Position numbers and translations under genes: made by a program
Origin: an uncultured Actinomycetes bacterium
GTDB taxonomy: Bacteria > Actinomycetota > UBA4738 > HRBIN12
Length of the DNA stretch: 64,000 bases
Direction of reading: 5' to 3'
Assembly: GCA_963823255.1 (NCBI GenBank)
Contig: CAWGKU010000003.1
Location: 22,913 to 86,912 of the forward strand
In this document: one piece after another, positions 29,710 to 39,622 of the stretch
How the letters are laid out: each line of letters opens with the position of its first letter
Numbering within the stretch: position 1 is the first letter of the stretch
Notes under the pieces: generated by a model
What the model saw: only the letters and a program-made list of their open reading frames with translations
The model's database searches: none
What the model was told of the DNA's origin: nothing

Positions 29710-32095
29710 CGCCCCCCCGGCGGCGGGTCGAAGAGGCGCGCGATGGTCGGGGACGCCTGTCCGGCGCGTGGAAGACCCGCGCTTGCTCACGGGCGCGTCG
29801 CGGTTCGTCGACGACCTGGCGCCCGCCGGACTGCTGCACGCCGCGTTCGCCCGCTCGCCGTTCGCGGCGGCACGGATCGCGTCGATCGACGCCGGCGCGG
29901 CACGGAGGGTCCCCGAGGTCGTGGAGGTCTGGGAGGCCGCTGACGTCGATCGGCCGGGCCTGCGCGCGATCCTCGAGCGCGACGACTTCGTGGTCACGGA
30001 GATGCCGTTGCTCGCCCGCGAGCGCGTACGGTTCGCGGGCGAACCGGTGGCGATGGTGCTCGCCGGTTCGCGCTACGCGGCCGAGGACGGCGCCGAGGCC
30101 GTCGAGATCGACTACGTGCCCGGTGACGGCGTGTCATCGATCGACGATGCGACCGCCGATGGGGCCCCGCTCGTCCACGAGGCGGCGATGCGGAACCTGC
30201 TCCTGGACGCCGCGATGGTGGACCACGCGGAGCTCGATGCCGCGCTCGGCGCGGCAGCCCTCGTGATCGACGCCACGTTCTCCAGCGCCCGACTGACCGC
30301 CGCGCCGATCGAGACGCGCGCGTGCGTCGCCGAGTGGGACGCGCGCGAACGCCGGTTGATCGTCCACATCTCGCACCAGATCCCGCATCTGGTCCGGACC
30401 ACGATCGCCGATCTGTTGGGTCTGCCCGAACATCGCGTGCGCGTGATCACGCCCGACGTGGGCGGCGGCTTCGGTCTGAAGTGCGTGATCGGGCGCGAGG
30501 AGATCCTCGTCTCGGCCGCCGCGGCGAGGCTGCAGCGACCCGTCAAGTGGATCGAGGACCGGCTCGAGAACCTGACGGCGAGCTTCCACGGCCACGAGCA
30601 GCGGCACGCCGTCCGGGCCGGGTTCGACGCCGAGGGGACCCTGCTCGGGCTCGACGCCGACATCGCCTGCGACGTCGGCGCGTACTCGTGCTACCCGTTC
30701 ACCTGCGGCGTCGAGCCGTTGATGGCCGCGACCGAGCTTCCCGGACCCTACCGGCTCACCCGATACCGGGCCCGCGCCAGGGCCGTCGCGACCAACAAGC
30801 CGCCGATCGCGCCGTACCGCGGCGTCTCGCGTCCGCAGATCACGTTCGTGATGGAACGCCTGATGGACATGGCCGCCCGCCGTCTGGACCTCGATCCCGT
30901 CGAGCTCCGGGTGCGCAACCTGATCGGCTCGGGCGAGTTCCCGTACCGGAGCGCTTCGGGGCTGCTGTACGACGAGGGGAGCTACCGGGAGTCGCTCGAG
31001 CGGTGCGCGACGGCGCTCGATCACGCTACGTGGCGCGAACGACAGGCCGACGCGCGGCTCGATGGGCGACTGATCGGCCAGGGGTTCTCCTGTTTCTCAG
31101 AACGGACCGCGTACGGGACGCCGGCGTTCGCGTCGCGGAAGATGGCGGTCACGCCGGGGTTCGAGAGCGCGCACCTGCGGATGGACGCGTCCGGGGGCGT
31201 GACGGTAGCCGTCGGCACCCTGTCCCACGGCCAGGGGCACGAGACCACGTTCGCGCAGATCGCGGCGGACGAGCTCGGCCTGCGTCCGGACGACGTCCGG
31301 GTGGTGCAGGGCGACACCGATGCGACCCCGTACGGATGGGGGACCTTCGCGAGCCGTTCGATCGCGATCGGCGGCGGGGCCGTCCAACGGGCCGCCGAGA
31401 TGCTGGCCGAACGGCTCGCGCGGATCGGCGCGCACCTGCTCGAGGTCGCGCCCGACGACGTCGAGGTCGCCGATGGGTCGATCTCGGTGCGCGGCGCGCC
31501 CGGTCGGTCGGTCGCGATCGCCGACGTCGCCCGTGTCGCGCACCATGCGGCCCACCGGCTCCCGGCCGAGACCGAACCCGGGCTCGAGGTCCGTTCGACC
31601 TTCGATCCGCCGGGCACGTTCTCGAACGCGGCCCACGGCGTCGAGGTCGAGGTCGATCCCGCGACCGGGGAGGTCGCGATCCGTCGGTACGTCGTCGTCG
31701 AGGATTGCGGGTCGGTGATCAACCCCATGATCGTCGAGGGGCAGGTGCACGGCGGCGTCGCGCAGGGGATCGCGGCCGCGCTGTACGAGCGGCTCGCCTA
31801 CGACGACCAGGCCCAGCCACTTTCGGGCACGTTCGCCGACCTCCTGGTCCCCACGGCCGGCGAGATCCCGCGCATCGAGATCGAGCACCTGGAGACGCCC
31901 TCCGCGCATTCGGCGACCGGCGCCAAGGGGATGGGCGAGGGCGGCATGATCGGCGCCCCGGCGGCGATCGCGAACGCCGTGTCCGACGCGCTCGCGCACC
32001 TCGGCGTCGAGATCGACGAGATCCCGATCACGCCGGAGCGGCTGCTCGGCGCGATCCGCAAGCACGCGATCGCCGCGGTTGGTGACGCGACATGA
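29702..32095 (+). CDS. Molybdenum hydroxylase large subunit 1 (xanthine dehydrogenase family)
   Basis: RRVEDPRLLTG, DVGGGFG, active-site loop PYRGVSRP, HGQGHETT, GTFASRS, AKGMGEGG. Confidence 0.93.
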   Translation: MADAPPAAGRRGARWSGTPVRRVEDPRLLTGASRFVDDLAPAGLLHAAFARSPFAAARIASIDAGAARRVPEVVEVWEAADVDRPGLRAILERDDFVVTEMPLLARERVRFAGEPVAMVLAGSRYAAEDGAEAVEIDYVPGDGVSSIDDATADGAPLVHEAAMRNLLLDAAMVDHAELDAALGAAALVIDATFSSARLTAAPIETRACVAEWDARERRLIVHISHQIPHLVRTTIADLLGLPEHRVRVITPDVGGGFGLKCVIGREEILVSAAAARLQRPVKWIEDRLENLTASFHGHEQRHAVRAGFDAEGTLLGLDADIACDVGAYSCYPFTCGVEPLMAATELPGPYRLTRYRARARAVATNKPPIAPYRGVSRPQITFVMERLMDMAARRLDLDPVELRVRNLIGSGEFPYRSASGLLYDEGSYRESLERCATALDHATWRERQADARLDGRLIGQGFSCFSERTAYGTPAFASRKMAVTPGFESAHLRMDASGGVTVAVGTLSHGQGHETTFAQIAADELGLRPDDVRVVQGDTDATPYGWGTFASRSIAIGGGAVQRAAEMLAERLARIGAHLLEVAPDDVEVADGSISVRGAPGRSVAIADVARVAHHAAHRLPAETEPGLEVRSTFDPPGTFSNAAHGVEVEVDPATGEVAIRRYVVVEDCGSVINPMIVEGQVHGGVAQGIAAALYERLAYDDQAQPLSGTFADLLVPTAGEIPRIEIEHLETPSAHSATGAKGMGEGGMIGAPAAIANAVSDALAHLGVEIDEIPITPERLLGAIRKHAIAAVGDAT

Positions 32096-32583
32096 TCGAA
32101 CGACAGCGCGTCACCCTCACCGTCAACGGCACCGAACACACGGTGGAGGTCGAGCCCCGCCGAACACTGGTGGACGTGCTGCGCCACGACCTGGGGTACA
32201 CGGGGACGCACGTCGGGTGCGAGCAGGGCGTGTGTGGTTCGTGCACGGTGCTGCTGGACGGCGAGCCGGTCCGCTCGTGTCTGGTGTTCGGCGTCCAGGC
32301 CGACGCCGCCGACGTCCGGACGGTGGAGGGTCTGGGCGACCAGGAGCACCTGTCGCCGCTGCAGGAGATCTTCTCGTCGAGCCACGCGCTCCAATGCGGG
32401 TTCTGCACGCCGGGGTTCCTGATGCTCGCGACCGCGTTCCTGCGCGATCACCCGTCGCCCTCGGACGATCAGATCCGTGAGGCGATGGCGTCCAACCTCT
32501 GCCGGTGCACCGGCTACCAGAACATCCTTCGCGCCGTCCGCCTGGCCGCCGACGCGGTCGCCGACCCGTCGACGGAGCCGTGA
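32092..32583 (+). CDS. Molybdenum hydroxylase 2Fe-2S small subunit (CoxS-like)
   Basis: GCEQGVCGSCTV, QCGFCTPG, NLCRCTGY. Confidence 0.95.
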   Translation: MIERQRVTLTVNGTEHTVEVEPRRTLVDVLRHDLGYTGTHVGCEQGVCGSCTVLLDGEPVRSCLVFGVQADAADVRTVEGLGDQEHLSPLQEIFSSSHALQCGFCTPGFLMLATAFLRDHPSPSDDQIREAMASNLCRCTGYQNILRAVRLAADAVADPSTEP

Positions 32584-34808
32584 CCCGCACCGGGCGGACG
32601 CTCCGGGTCGAAGACCCGCGACTGCTGGCCGGTCGCGGCCGTTTCGTCGACGACGTCGATCTGCCCGATCAGCTCTGGCTCCGGGTGGTCCGCTCGCAGG
32701 TCGCCCACGCGATCCTGCGCGAGGTGGACACGAGCGCGGCGCGCGCGTCCGAAGGCGTGCATTCGGTCGTGACCGGGGCGGACCTGCCGGAGGTGAGCCC
32801 GATCCCGGTCCGGGTCCAGGTCGCGGACCAGCCGCTCGACGCGTACCTGCAACCGGTCCTGGCGCGCGAGCGTGTGCGCTACGTCGGCGAGCCCGTCGCG
32901 GTCGTGCTCGCCGACGACCCGTACGCGGCCGAGGATGCGGCGGAGCTCGTCGTGCTCGAGGTCGAGGAGCTCCCGGCGGTGCTCGACCTGCGCGAGGCCG
33001 ATCGCGCCGCCGAGCTCGAGATGGGCTACGGGGACGTCGAGGCGGCGTTCGCGAACGCGGCCCACGTCATCCACGCCGAATTCACCGTCGGCCGGCATTC
33101 GGGGGTGCCGCTCGAGACACGAGGGTTGCTCGCCGCCCCGCGCGGCGGGCGGCTCGAGATCTGGGGAACGACGAAGGTCCCGCACTTCAACCGCCGGGTG
33201 CTGGCCTCGATGCTCGAGATCCCCGTGGAGCAGATCCGGCTGCACGCGGCCGACGCGGGTGGGGGGTTCGGCGTCCGCGGCGAGTTCTACCCGGAGGACT
33301 TCCTGGTGCCGTGGCTCGCCGCGCGGACGGGTCGGCCCGTGAAGTGGATCGAGGATCGCTCGGAGCACCTGGTCGCGGCGAACCATTCGCGGCACCAGAT
33401 CCACGCGATCTCGGCCGCGTTCGACCGGGACCACCGGCTGCTCGCGATCGCCGACGAGGTGTGGCACGACACCGGCGCGTACATCCGAACCCACGGTGTG
33501 CTGGTGGCGGACCTGACGCTCAGCATGCTCCCCGGTCCGTACCGCGTTCCGGCCTACCGAGGCACCGCGCACGTGGTGCTCACCCCCCGGACGCCGTGCG
33601 GCACCTACCGGGGCCCGGGTCGCTACGAGGGGACGTTCGCGCGAGAGCGGCTCCTCGATCTGGCCGCCCACGACCTCGGGCTCGATCCGCTCGACCTCCG
33701 GCGGCGGAACCTCCTGTCGCCCGACGAGCTCCCGCTCCACCGGGGGCTCTCGGCGATCGGCACGGCGATGACGATCGATGCGGGCGACGTCGGCGGCCTG
33801 CTCGATCGCACGATCGCCGAGTCCGGGTTCGAGACCTGGCGCGAAGGGTCGGCCCGCCTCCGGGCGCAGGGCAGGATGGTGGGGACCGGCGCGGCGATCT
33901 TCATGGAGAAGAGCGGGCTCGGGCCGCTCGAGCACGCCGGCGTGGAACTGTTGCCGTCGGGAGTGGTCCGGGTCACCGCGGGGGCCACGTCGCTCGGCCA
34001 GGGCGTCGAGACCGTCCTCGCGACCCTCGCCGCCGAGCGGCTCGGTCTGGAGGCCGACGACGTCACAGTCGTGTTGGGCGACACCGACCTGGTCCCCGAG
34101 GGCGTCGGCTCGTGGGCGAGTCGTTCGACCGTCCTCGCCGGGAATGCGGTCGCCGCCGCCGCCGATCGCGTGGCCGAGCTCGCCCGGGACGCAGCGGCCG
34201 ATGTCCTGGAGGTCGATGCCGCCGACCTCCGGCTGTCGGGTGGCGGCTTCGCGGCCGCGGGGTCACGGGAAAGGGTGGTGTCGCTGGCCGAGCTGGCCGG
34301 CCGTACCGGCGGGTTCTCGGCTCGGGAGATCTTCGAGGTCGACACGATGACGTACCCGTACGGGATCCACCTCGCCCATGTCGAGGTCGATCCCGACTCG
34401 GGCGGCGTTCGGATCCTCGGGTACTTCATCGGCTACGAGGTCGGGCGGGCGGTCGTCCCGGCGTTGGTGGAGGGGCAGTTGGTCGGTGGAGCCGCCCAGG
34501 GCATCGCCGGCGCCCTCCTTGAGGAGTTCCGGTACACGGACGACGGCCAACCGCTGTCGACCACGCTGGCCGACTACCTGCTCCCGACCGCGGGCGAGGT
34601 CCCGCCGATCGGCGTCTTGATCTCGCAGGACTGGCCGGCGGCGAGCAACCCGCTGGGTGTTCGGGGCGCCGGCGAAGGGGGTGCAACGGGGTGCGGCGCC
34701 GCGATCGCGGCGGCGGTGGACGATGCTCTCGGTCGCGTGGGCTCGGTCCGCGCGTTGCCGATCCCGCTCCACCCAGCCCGCCGGTCCGGCGACGGTTCGG
34801 GCCGCTGA
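32580..34808 (+). CDS. Molybdenum hydroxylase large subunit 2
   Basis: GTGA overlap; RVEDPRLLAG, AGGGFGVRGE, loop TYRGPGRYE, GSWASRS, VRGAGEGG. Confidence 0.92.
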   Translation: MTRTGRTLRVEDPRLLAGRGRFVDDVDLPDQLWLRVVRSQVAHAILREVDTSAARASEGVHSVVTGADLPEVSPIPVRVQVADQPLDAYLQPVLARERVRYVGEPVAVVLADDPYAAEDAAELVVLEVEELPAVLDLREADRAAELEMGYGDVEAAFANAAHVIHAEFTVGRHSGVPLETRGLLAAPRGGRLEIWGTTKVPHFNRRVLASMLEIPVEQIRLHAADAGGGFGVRGEFYPEDFLVPWLAARTGRPVKWIEDRSEHLVAANHSRHQIHAISAAFDRDHRLLAIADEVWHDTGAYIRTHGVLVADLTLSMLPGPYRVPAYRGTAHVVLTPRTPCGTYRGPGRYEGTFARERLLDLAAHDLGLDPLDLRRRNLLSPDELPLHRGLSAIGTAMTIDAGDVGGLLDRTIAESGFETWREGSARLRAQGRMVGTGAAIFMEKSGLGPLEHAGVELLPSGVVRVTAGATSLGQGVETVLATLAAERLGLEADDVTVVLGDTDLVPEGVGSWASRSTVLAGNAVAAAADRVAELARDAAADVLEVDAADLRLSGGGFAAAGSRERVVSLAELAGRTGGFSAREIFEVDTMTYPYGIHLAHVEVDPDSGGVRILGYFIGYEVGRAVVPALVEGQLVGGAAQGIAGALLEEFRYTDDGQPLSTTLADYLLPTAGEVPPIGVLISQDWPAASNPLGVRGAGEGGATGCGAAIAAAVDDALGRVGSVRALPIPLHPARRSGDGSGR

Positions 34809-34838
34809 TCGGATCCTTCGATCTGGGACCTAGCGGTC

Positions 34839-35228
34839 CTAGACGCGGAAACGCTGGCCGCACGTCGTGCACTTCATCGACGTTCGGGCCGCGGGCCCGG
34901 CGTGCGTGTAGGGCTGCGTCTTCGTCGAACCGCAGAACGGGCACGTCGGTCGCGCCGCGACCGGTCGTGGCGCGTCGCGCGTGACCCACGCGTCCTGCAG
35001 ATCGACCGAACCGCCCGCCTCGACCAGCAGGTCGCGGGCGGCCTCGGCCTTCTCGAGGGTGGTCTTCGGGAGCGCGACGAAGGGGAGCTCCACGTCGTCC
35101 AGGTCCACCGGCTCCGTCGAGATCGTGCCGAGCGCGTCGGCCACCTCGCGCTCCCGTCCCTCCGACCACCCGGTCAGCAGGACGGTCGCACCCTTGATCT
35201 CGTCGTGCCGGCGCGGTCGGTCGCCCAC
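34839..35228 (-). CDS. Small protein: L7/L12-CTD-like segment + C-terminal Zn ribbon
   Basis: AAGGAGG SD before GTG 35228; PFVALPKTTLEKAEAARDLLVEAGGSVDL; CPFCGS...CTTCGQRF. Confidence 0.6.
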   Translation of the reverse strand: MGDRPRRHDEIKGATVLLTGWSEGREREVADALGTISTEPVDLDDVELPFVALPKTTLEKAEAARDLLVEAGGSVDLQDAWVTRDAPRPVAARPTCPFCGSTKTQPYTHAGPAARTSMKCTTCGQRFRV

Positions 35229-35327
35229 CGGCTGCCTCCTTCGCGCCCGAACGACGCCCGGCAGTGTAGGACACGGGTCGATGTTGCATCGACCGCGTGC
35301 CATCATCCGGCCGAAAGGAGCCCCGCG

Positions 35328-37275
35328 TTGACCGAGACCGAGACCCTGGAACGTGCCCGGCACGCGCTCGAGGCGCACGCGTGGCAGCAGGCGTACGAGG
35401 GGTTCGGCGCCCTGGACGAGCAGGGCCTGAGCGGCGAGGACCTCGAACGCCTGGCCCAAGCGGCCTGGTGGAGCGCGCACCCCAGCGAGAGCATCGAGGC
35501 GTTCGAGCGGGCATTCGCATCCTTCTCCGGGGAGGGCAGGGGCCGCGATGCCGCCCGCGTCGGGCTCCGGCTCGCGATCGAGCACGCGGACCGGCAGGAA
35601 TCGGCCGTGTCCAACGGCTGGCTCCAGCGCGCCACCCGCCTGCTGGCCGACGAGCCCGAGTGCAGCGAGCAAGGGTGGCTCGAGCTCTGCCTGGTCCGGT
35701 CGTCGTTCGAGCGCGGTGAGTTCGAAGAGGCGGAGCGGCACGCGACGGCCGTCCAGGGGATCGGTGCGCGGCTGGGGGACCGGGATATCGAGGCGTTCGG
35801 CCGGGCGCTCGAGGGCGCGATCCTCGTGTTCCACACGCAGGTCGAGCAGGGGCTCGCGCTCGTCGACGAGGCAACCCTGGCCGCCGTCGGGGGCGAGCTC
35901 TCGCCGTACGTGGCGGGCAACATCTACTGCCTCACGATCGGCATCTGCCGGAGCGTCGCCGACTACCGGCGGGCGTCGGAGTGGACCGAGGCGGCCGCAC
36001 GATGGTGCGAGCGCGAGTCGATCACCGCCTTCCCGGGGGTCTGCCGCGTGCAGCGGGCCGAGATCTTGCGCCTGCGCGGTTCGTACGACGCGGCCGAGGA
36101 CGAGGCCGGCAAGGCGCGGACCGAGCTCGAGGCGTTCGGGCGGCTCCCGCAGGCGGGGGCAGGGGCGAACGAGGTGGGCGAGGTGCGTCTGCGTCGTGGC
36201 GATCTCGACGGCGCCGAGGAGGCGTTCGCGCAGGCCCACCGGCTGGGGAACGAGCCGCAGCCGGGGATGGCCTTGCTCCGTCTCGCGCGCGGCCAGGTCG
36301 ACGCGGCCCGATCGTCGATCGGCACCGCGCTGGCGGACGCGGGGGACCCGTTCGACCGGGCACGCCTGTTGCCCGCGCGCGTCGAGATCGCGCTGGCCGC
36401 GTACGACGTCACCGATGCGCGCGAGGCGGCGGAGGAGCTCGGCCGGACCGCGGAGGCGATCGGCGCTCCGATGCTGCACGCGGCGGCGTACCAGGCGCTC
36501 GGCGCGACGCTCACGTACGAGGAGGACGCCGCGGCCGCGATCGCCGAGCTCCGCAAGGCCGTGCGCACGTGGACCGAGGCCGACGCGCCCTTCGAGGCCG
36601 CCCAGGCGCGCCGCTGGCTGGCGGTCGCGTACCGCGCCGGCGGCGACGAGGCGTCCGCCGTCCTCGAGCTCGGGTCGGCCAAGGCCGCGTTCGAGGGCCT
36701 GGGAGCGGTCCGGGACGCCGAGCGGTGCGAGGAGATGATCCGCGCCGGCGACGCGGGCGACGCCGGACGCCGGGTCGTGCGGACGTTCATGTTCACGGAC
36801 ATCGTGGGTTCGACCGACCTGGTGCGCACGATCGGCGACGAGGCATGGGAGGGCATCCTGCGCTGGCACGACGAGACGCTCCGAACGCAGATCGGCTCGC
36901 ACCAGGGCGAGGTCGTCCACACGACCGGCGACGGGTTCTTCGCGTCGTTCGGCGACGCGGCGGCCGCGGCGAGCTGCGCGGTCGCGATCCAGCGGCGGCT
37001 CACCGATCACCGCCGCAAGCACGGGTTCGCGCCCCAGGTGCGGATCGGGCTCCACGCGGCCGAGGCGACCGTGATCGCGGACGACTACGCGGGCCTCGGC
37101 GTCCACGAAGCCGCGCGCGTGGGCGCGATCGCCGAGGGCGGCGAGATCCTCGGCGACGGTGTCGACCGTGTCGGCCGGCGCGATCCCGTTCGCGTTCGGG
37201 CAGGAGCGCGAGGTCTCGTTGAAGGGGCTCGCCGAGCCCGTGCGCGTGGTCGCGATCGACTGGTCGGACGCCTAG
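35328..37275 (+). CDS. TPR/MalT-like helical region fused to a C-terminal class III nucleotide cyclase (frameshift near 37150)
   Basis: TTG start after AAAGGAG; helical repeats; FTDIVGST, TGDGFF, RIGLH, VHEAAR; C-terminus EVSLKGLAEPVRVVAIDWSDA* in another frame. Confidence 0.88.
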
Positions 37276-38006
37276 CCCGTCCAGGTCGAGGGCTTGGCGC
37301 ACACGGCCGCGACCTCGTCCACCTCGCGCGGCGACAGGGTCGTCGGCTGCTCGAGGAACCAGCGCTTGACGCTGCGGGGACTGCCGACGAAGACGTCCGA
37401 GGGCTGGCCCTTGATCGCCCAGTCGTCGGCCACGATCGCGAGGACCGCTCGGATCGGGACGGTGCGTCCGAGCCCTCCGCTCACGAGGTCGGACGCACGC
37501 GCCGCCTCGCGGGCGGCCTTGGGGAGGTAGTCGGTCTTGACGCCGTTCACGAGCAGGGTCCGGGGCGCGAGCCACACCTTCCCCGAACGGTTCTTCGTGT
37601 TGACGGTGAAGGTCCCGCCGGGCCCGACCACGACGTGATCGATGTTCGCGCCGAGCTGCCCGATCGGGACGTCGTTGAACACGTGCCATCCCTCGGGGAG
37701 CCGGCCGAAGAGCCAGCTGGTGAACCGCTCGCCGCGCGCGCCCTTGCGCCAGGCTCGGGCGTCGGTCTTGCGTCCGAGCGCCTGCTCCGCGAGGGTCCTC
37801 ACGGGGTGCGCGGCTCGGAGCTCGGGTACGGTCACGCGTTCGAGGGCGTGCGACGGGCGCGTTCCTGGATGCGCTTGCGGAGCCGCAGGTCGGCGAGGCT
37901 GAGGACGAGGTGGGCGGCGAGGATCTCTCGATACCTTCCGAGTACGGGCGTCCGCGCCGTGGTGCCGCGGGAGAGGTGCGCTCTCGGTCCGTCCGGAGGA
38001 GCTCAC
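37272..38006 (-). CDS. NERD (nuclease-related domain) protein
   Basis: WRKGARGE, WHVFNDV, ANIDHVVVGPGG..TVNTK. Confidence 0.85.
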   Translation of the reverse strand: MSSSGRTESAPLPRHHGADARTRKVSRDPRRPPRPQPRRPAAPQAHPGTRPSHALERVTVPELRAAHPVRTLAEQALGRKTDARAWRKGARGERFTSWLFGRLPEGWHVFNDVPIGQLGANIDHVVVGPGGTFTVNTKNRSGKVWLAPRTLLVNGVKTDYLPKAAREAARASDLVSGGLGRTVPIRAVLAIVADDWAIKGQPSDVFVGSPRSVKRWFLEQPTTLSPREVDEVAAVCAKPSTWTG

Positions 38007-38014
38007 GTGCGATG

Positions 38015-38041
38015 TTTCGGCCGGACGACGGCGAAGCTTGA
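38015..38041 (-). promoter_or_regulatory. sigma28 (FliA/WhiG)-type promoter upstream of the NERD gene
   Basis: Minus strand reads TCAAG-N15-GCCGAAA, 8 nt before GTG 38006. Confidence 0.5.
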
Positions 38042-38051
38042 CCGTGACGGG

Positions 38052-38468
38052 TCAGGTTCGGGGTTCGAGGGCGATCACGGGGATCCAGCGGGAGGTCATC
38101 TTCTTGTACTCGGCGAACCCGGGCCGGCGCTCCACCTGGCGCGCGTAGAGCTCGTCGGCGTCGGGGCCGGTGATGTCGACCGCGTGCACGGGCACCGTGC
38201 GGTCGCCGAGCTCGACCGCGGCCTCGGGGTCCGCGAGCACGTTGCGCACCCAGAACGGATCGGTCGGCGCGCCACCCTTGGTGCCGAACACCACGAACCG
38301 CTCGCCGTCGGGCAGGTACACGAGGGGTTTCACGCGAGGCTGGCCGCTCTTGATCCCCTTGGTATGCAGGAGCAGCAGGGTCGCACCGTCGAAGTAGCCG
38401 CCGACCTTGCCTCGGTTCGCGCGGAACTCCTCGATGATGCCGGTGTTGTAGTCGTCCGGGTCGGGCAC
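38052..38468 (-). CDS. Deazaflavin (F420)-dependent nitroreductase family (Ddn-like)
   Basis: IIEEFRANRGKVGG, LLLLHTKG.KSG..R..PL, KGGAP..P.W..N. Confidence 0.92.
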   Translation of the reverse strand: MPDPDDYNTGIIEEFRANRGKVGGYFDGATLLLLHTKGIKSGQPRVKPLVYLPDGERFVVFGTKGGAPTDPFWVRNVLADPEAAVELGDRTVPVHAVDITGPDADELYARQVERRPGFAEYKKMTSRWIPVIALEPRT

Positions 38469-38524
38469 GCGGCCTCCTCGCGTCCTCGACCCCAAGGGTA
38501 CGGCTCGTCGCGCGGAACGGCCGG

Positions 38525-39115
38525 TCAGTCGATCTGCGAACGGGGCAGGAGGTTGACGCTCATCGTGACGGCCTCGGCGACCTCGATGATCTTGCGGTTC
38601 GACCGTCGGGCCTCGTCGCGCAGCATCTCGAACGCGCGCTTCTCGTCGAACGAGTGGCGTTCCATCAGGATCCCCTTCGCGCGTTCGGTGATCGCCCGGC
38701 GCGCGAACGCCCCCTCGAGCCCCTGGTACTCCGCGAACCGGGACAGCACGACGTCGAGCGAGCTCTGGAGCGCCGACGCGTCACGACCGAGGGTGATGTA
38801 CGCGAAGATCCCGCGCTTGGCCGCGTCGCGGATGAACGCCTCGTCCTCGACGTCCAAGATCGCGATCACCGGGCACGCGGCCTCGGTGACGATGCGTCCG
38901 ATGAGGTCGAGCGCGCGCTCAGTGCCCTCGCCGACGATCACGATCGCGGCGTCCGGGCGGACGGATGCGGTCGCCGCCGCGACCTCGCCGAGCGCCGTCT
39001 GCCCGACGACTTCGTGGCCCAGCCCGGTCACCGTGCTCAGGATCTCGTCGAGGCGGTGTCCCTGCCCGTCTGCGACGAGGATCCGGAGCCGGTCGGGGTC
39101 TCCTTCGTCCTTCAT
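38525..39115 (-). CDS. ANTAR-domain antiterminator with pseudo-receiver domain
   Basis: C-terminal ERAKGILMERH..DE..AFEMLRDEARRSNRKI; receiver-like N-terminus lacks the phosphoacceptor Asp. Confidence 0.88.
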   Translation of the reverse strand: MKDEGDPDRLRILVADGQGHRLDEILSTVTGLGHEVVGQTALGEVAAATASVRPDAAIVIVGEGTERALDLIGRIVTEAACPVIAILDVEDEAFIRDAAKRGIFAYITLGRDASALQSSLDVVLSRFAEYQGLEGAFARRAITERAKGILMERHSFDEKRAFEMLRDEARRSNRKIIEVAEAVTMSVNLLPRSQID

Positions 39116-39330
39116 GGCAGTGTCTCCAACCTCCGAGCCTAACGCAGCCCGGCCCGTGCCTGCCACCATGGCGTCCGTGCCCGGACGCCCATTGCGTCTC
39201 GTGCCGGTTGAGCGTACGGTGGGGGCTCGGCCCCAAGATCCTGGCCGTGAGCCGCCGACGGGTGGCACGCCATCGGAGCCCAGAGCTCGCTCCCTCACCG
39301 GAGGATCGCTCCTCCACGAAGGGAGTCGCG

Positions 39331-39615
39331 ATGCGGGTTCCTTCCGAAAGCTTCTCGGTGTTGATCGAGGAGTCGAACGGCGCCCAACATCTGACGCTTG
39401 ACGGTTGGCTCGACGCCGCGGCGGTCCCGACGCTCCTGGCGGCCGTCACCCGGGCCCGGCCGCAGGACGTCACCATCGACATCGATCGGCTCGAGTCGAT
39501 CGACGGGGCAGGGTGGCTCGGCGTGATCGCGTGCGAACAACGCGTGAGCGGCTGGGGCGGCCGACTCCGGATCGACGACGGCATCCGCAAGATCCTCGAC
39601 CTGGCGTCCTCCTGA
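39331..39615 (+). CDS. STAS domain protein
   Basis: LTLDGWLD...VTIDIDRLESIDGAG...IRKILDL. Confidence 0.8.
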   Translation: MRVPSESFSVLIEESNGAQHLTLDGWLDAAAVPTLLAAVTRARPQDVTIDIDRLESIDGAGWLGVIACEQRVSGWGGRLRIDDGIRKILDLASS

Positions 39616-39622
39616 TCGCGGG

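Noticed and set aside
28846-34808. Aerobic CO dehydrogenase
   Set aside because: Neither large subunit has the AYxCSFR form I loop, and there are no coxDEFG accessory genes.
39116-39330. ANTAR twin-hairpin target next to the ANTAR gene
   Set aside because: I could not find two convincing stems with ANNGNN hexaloops by eye.
34902-39401. Giant ORFs in the track (1499 aa here; also 17083-20604, 49844-53128, 11558-14299, 50659-53664)
   Set aside because: They are GC-rich shadow frames or read-through extensions; only sub-segments have protein-like composition and motifs.
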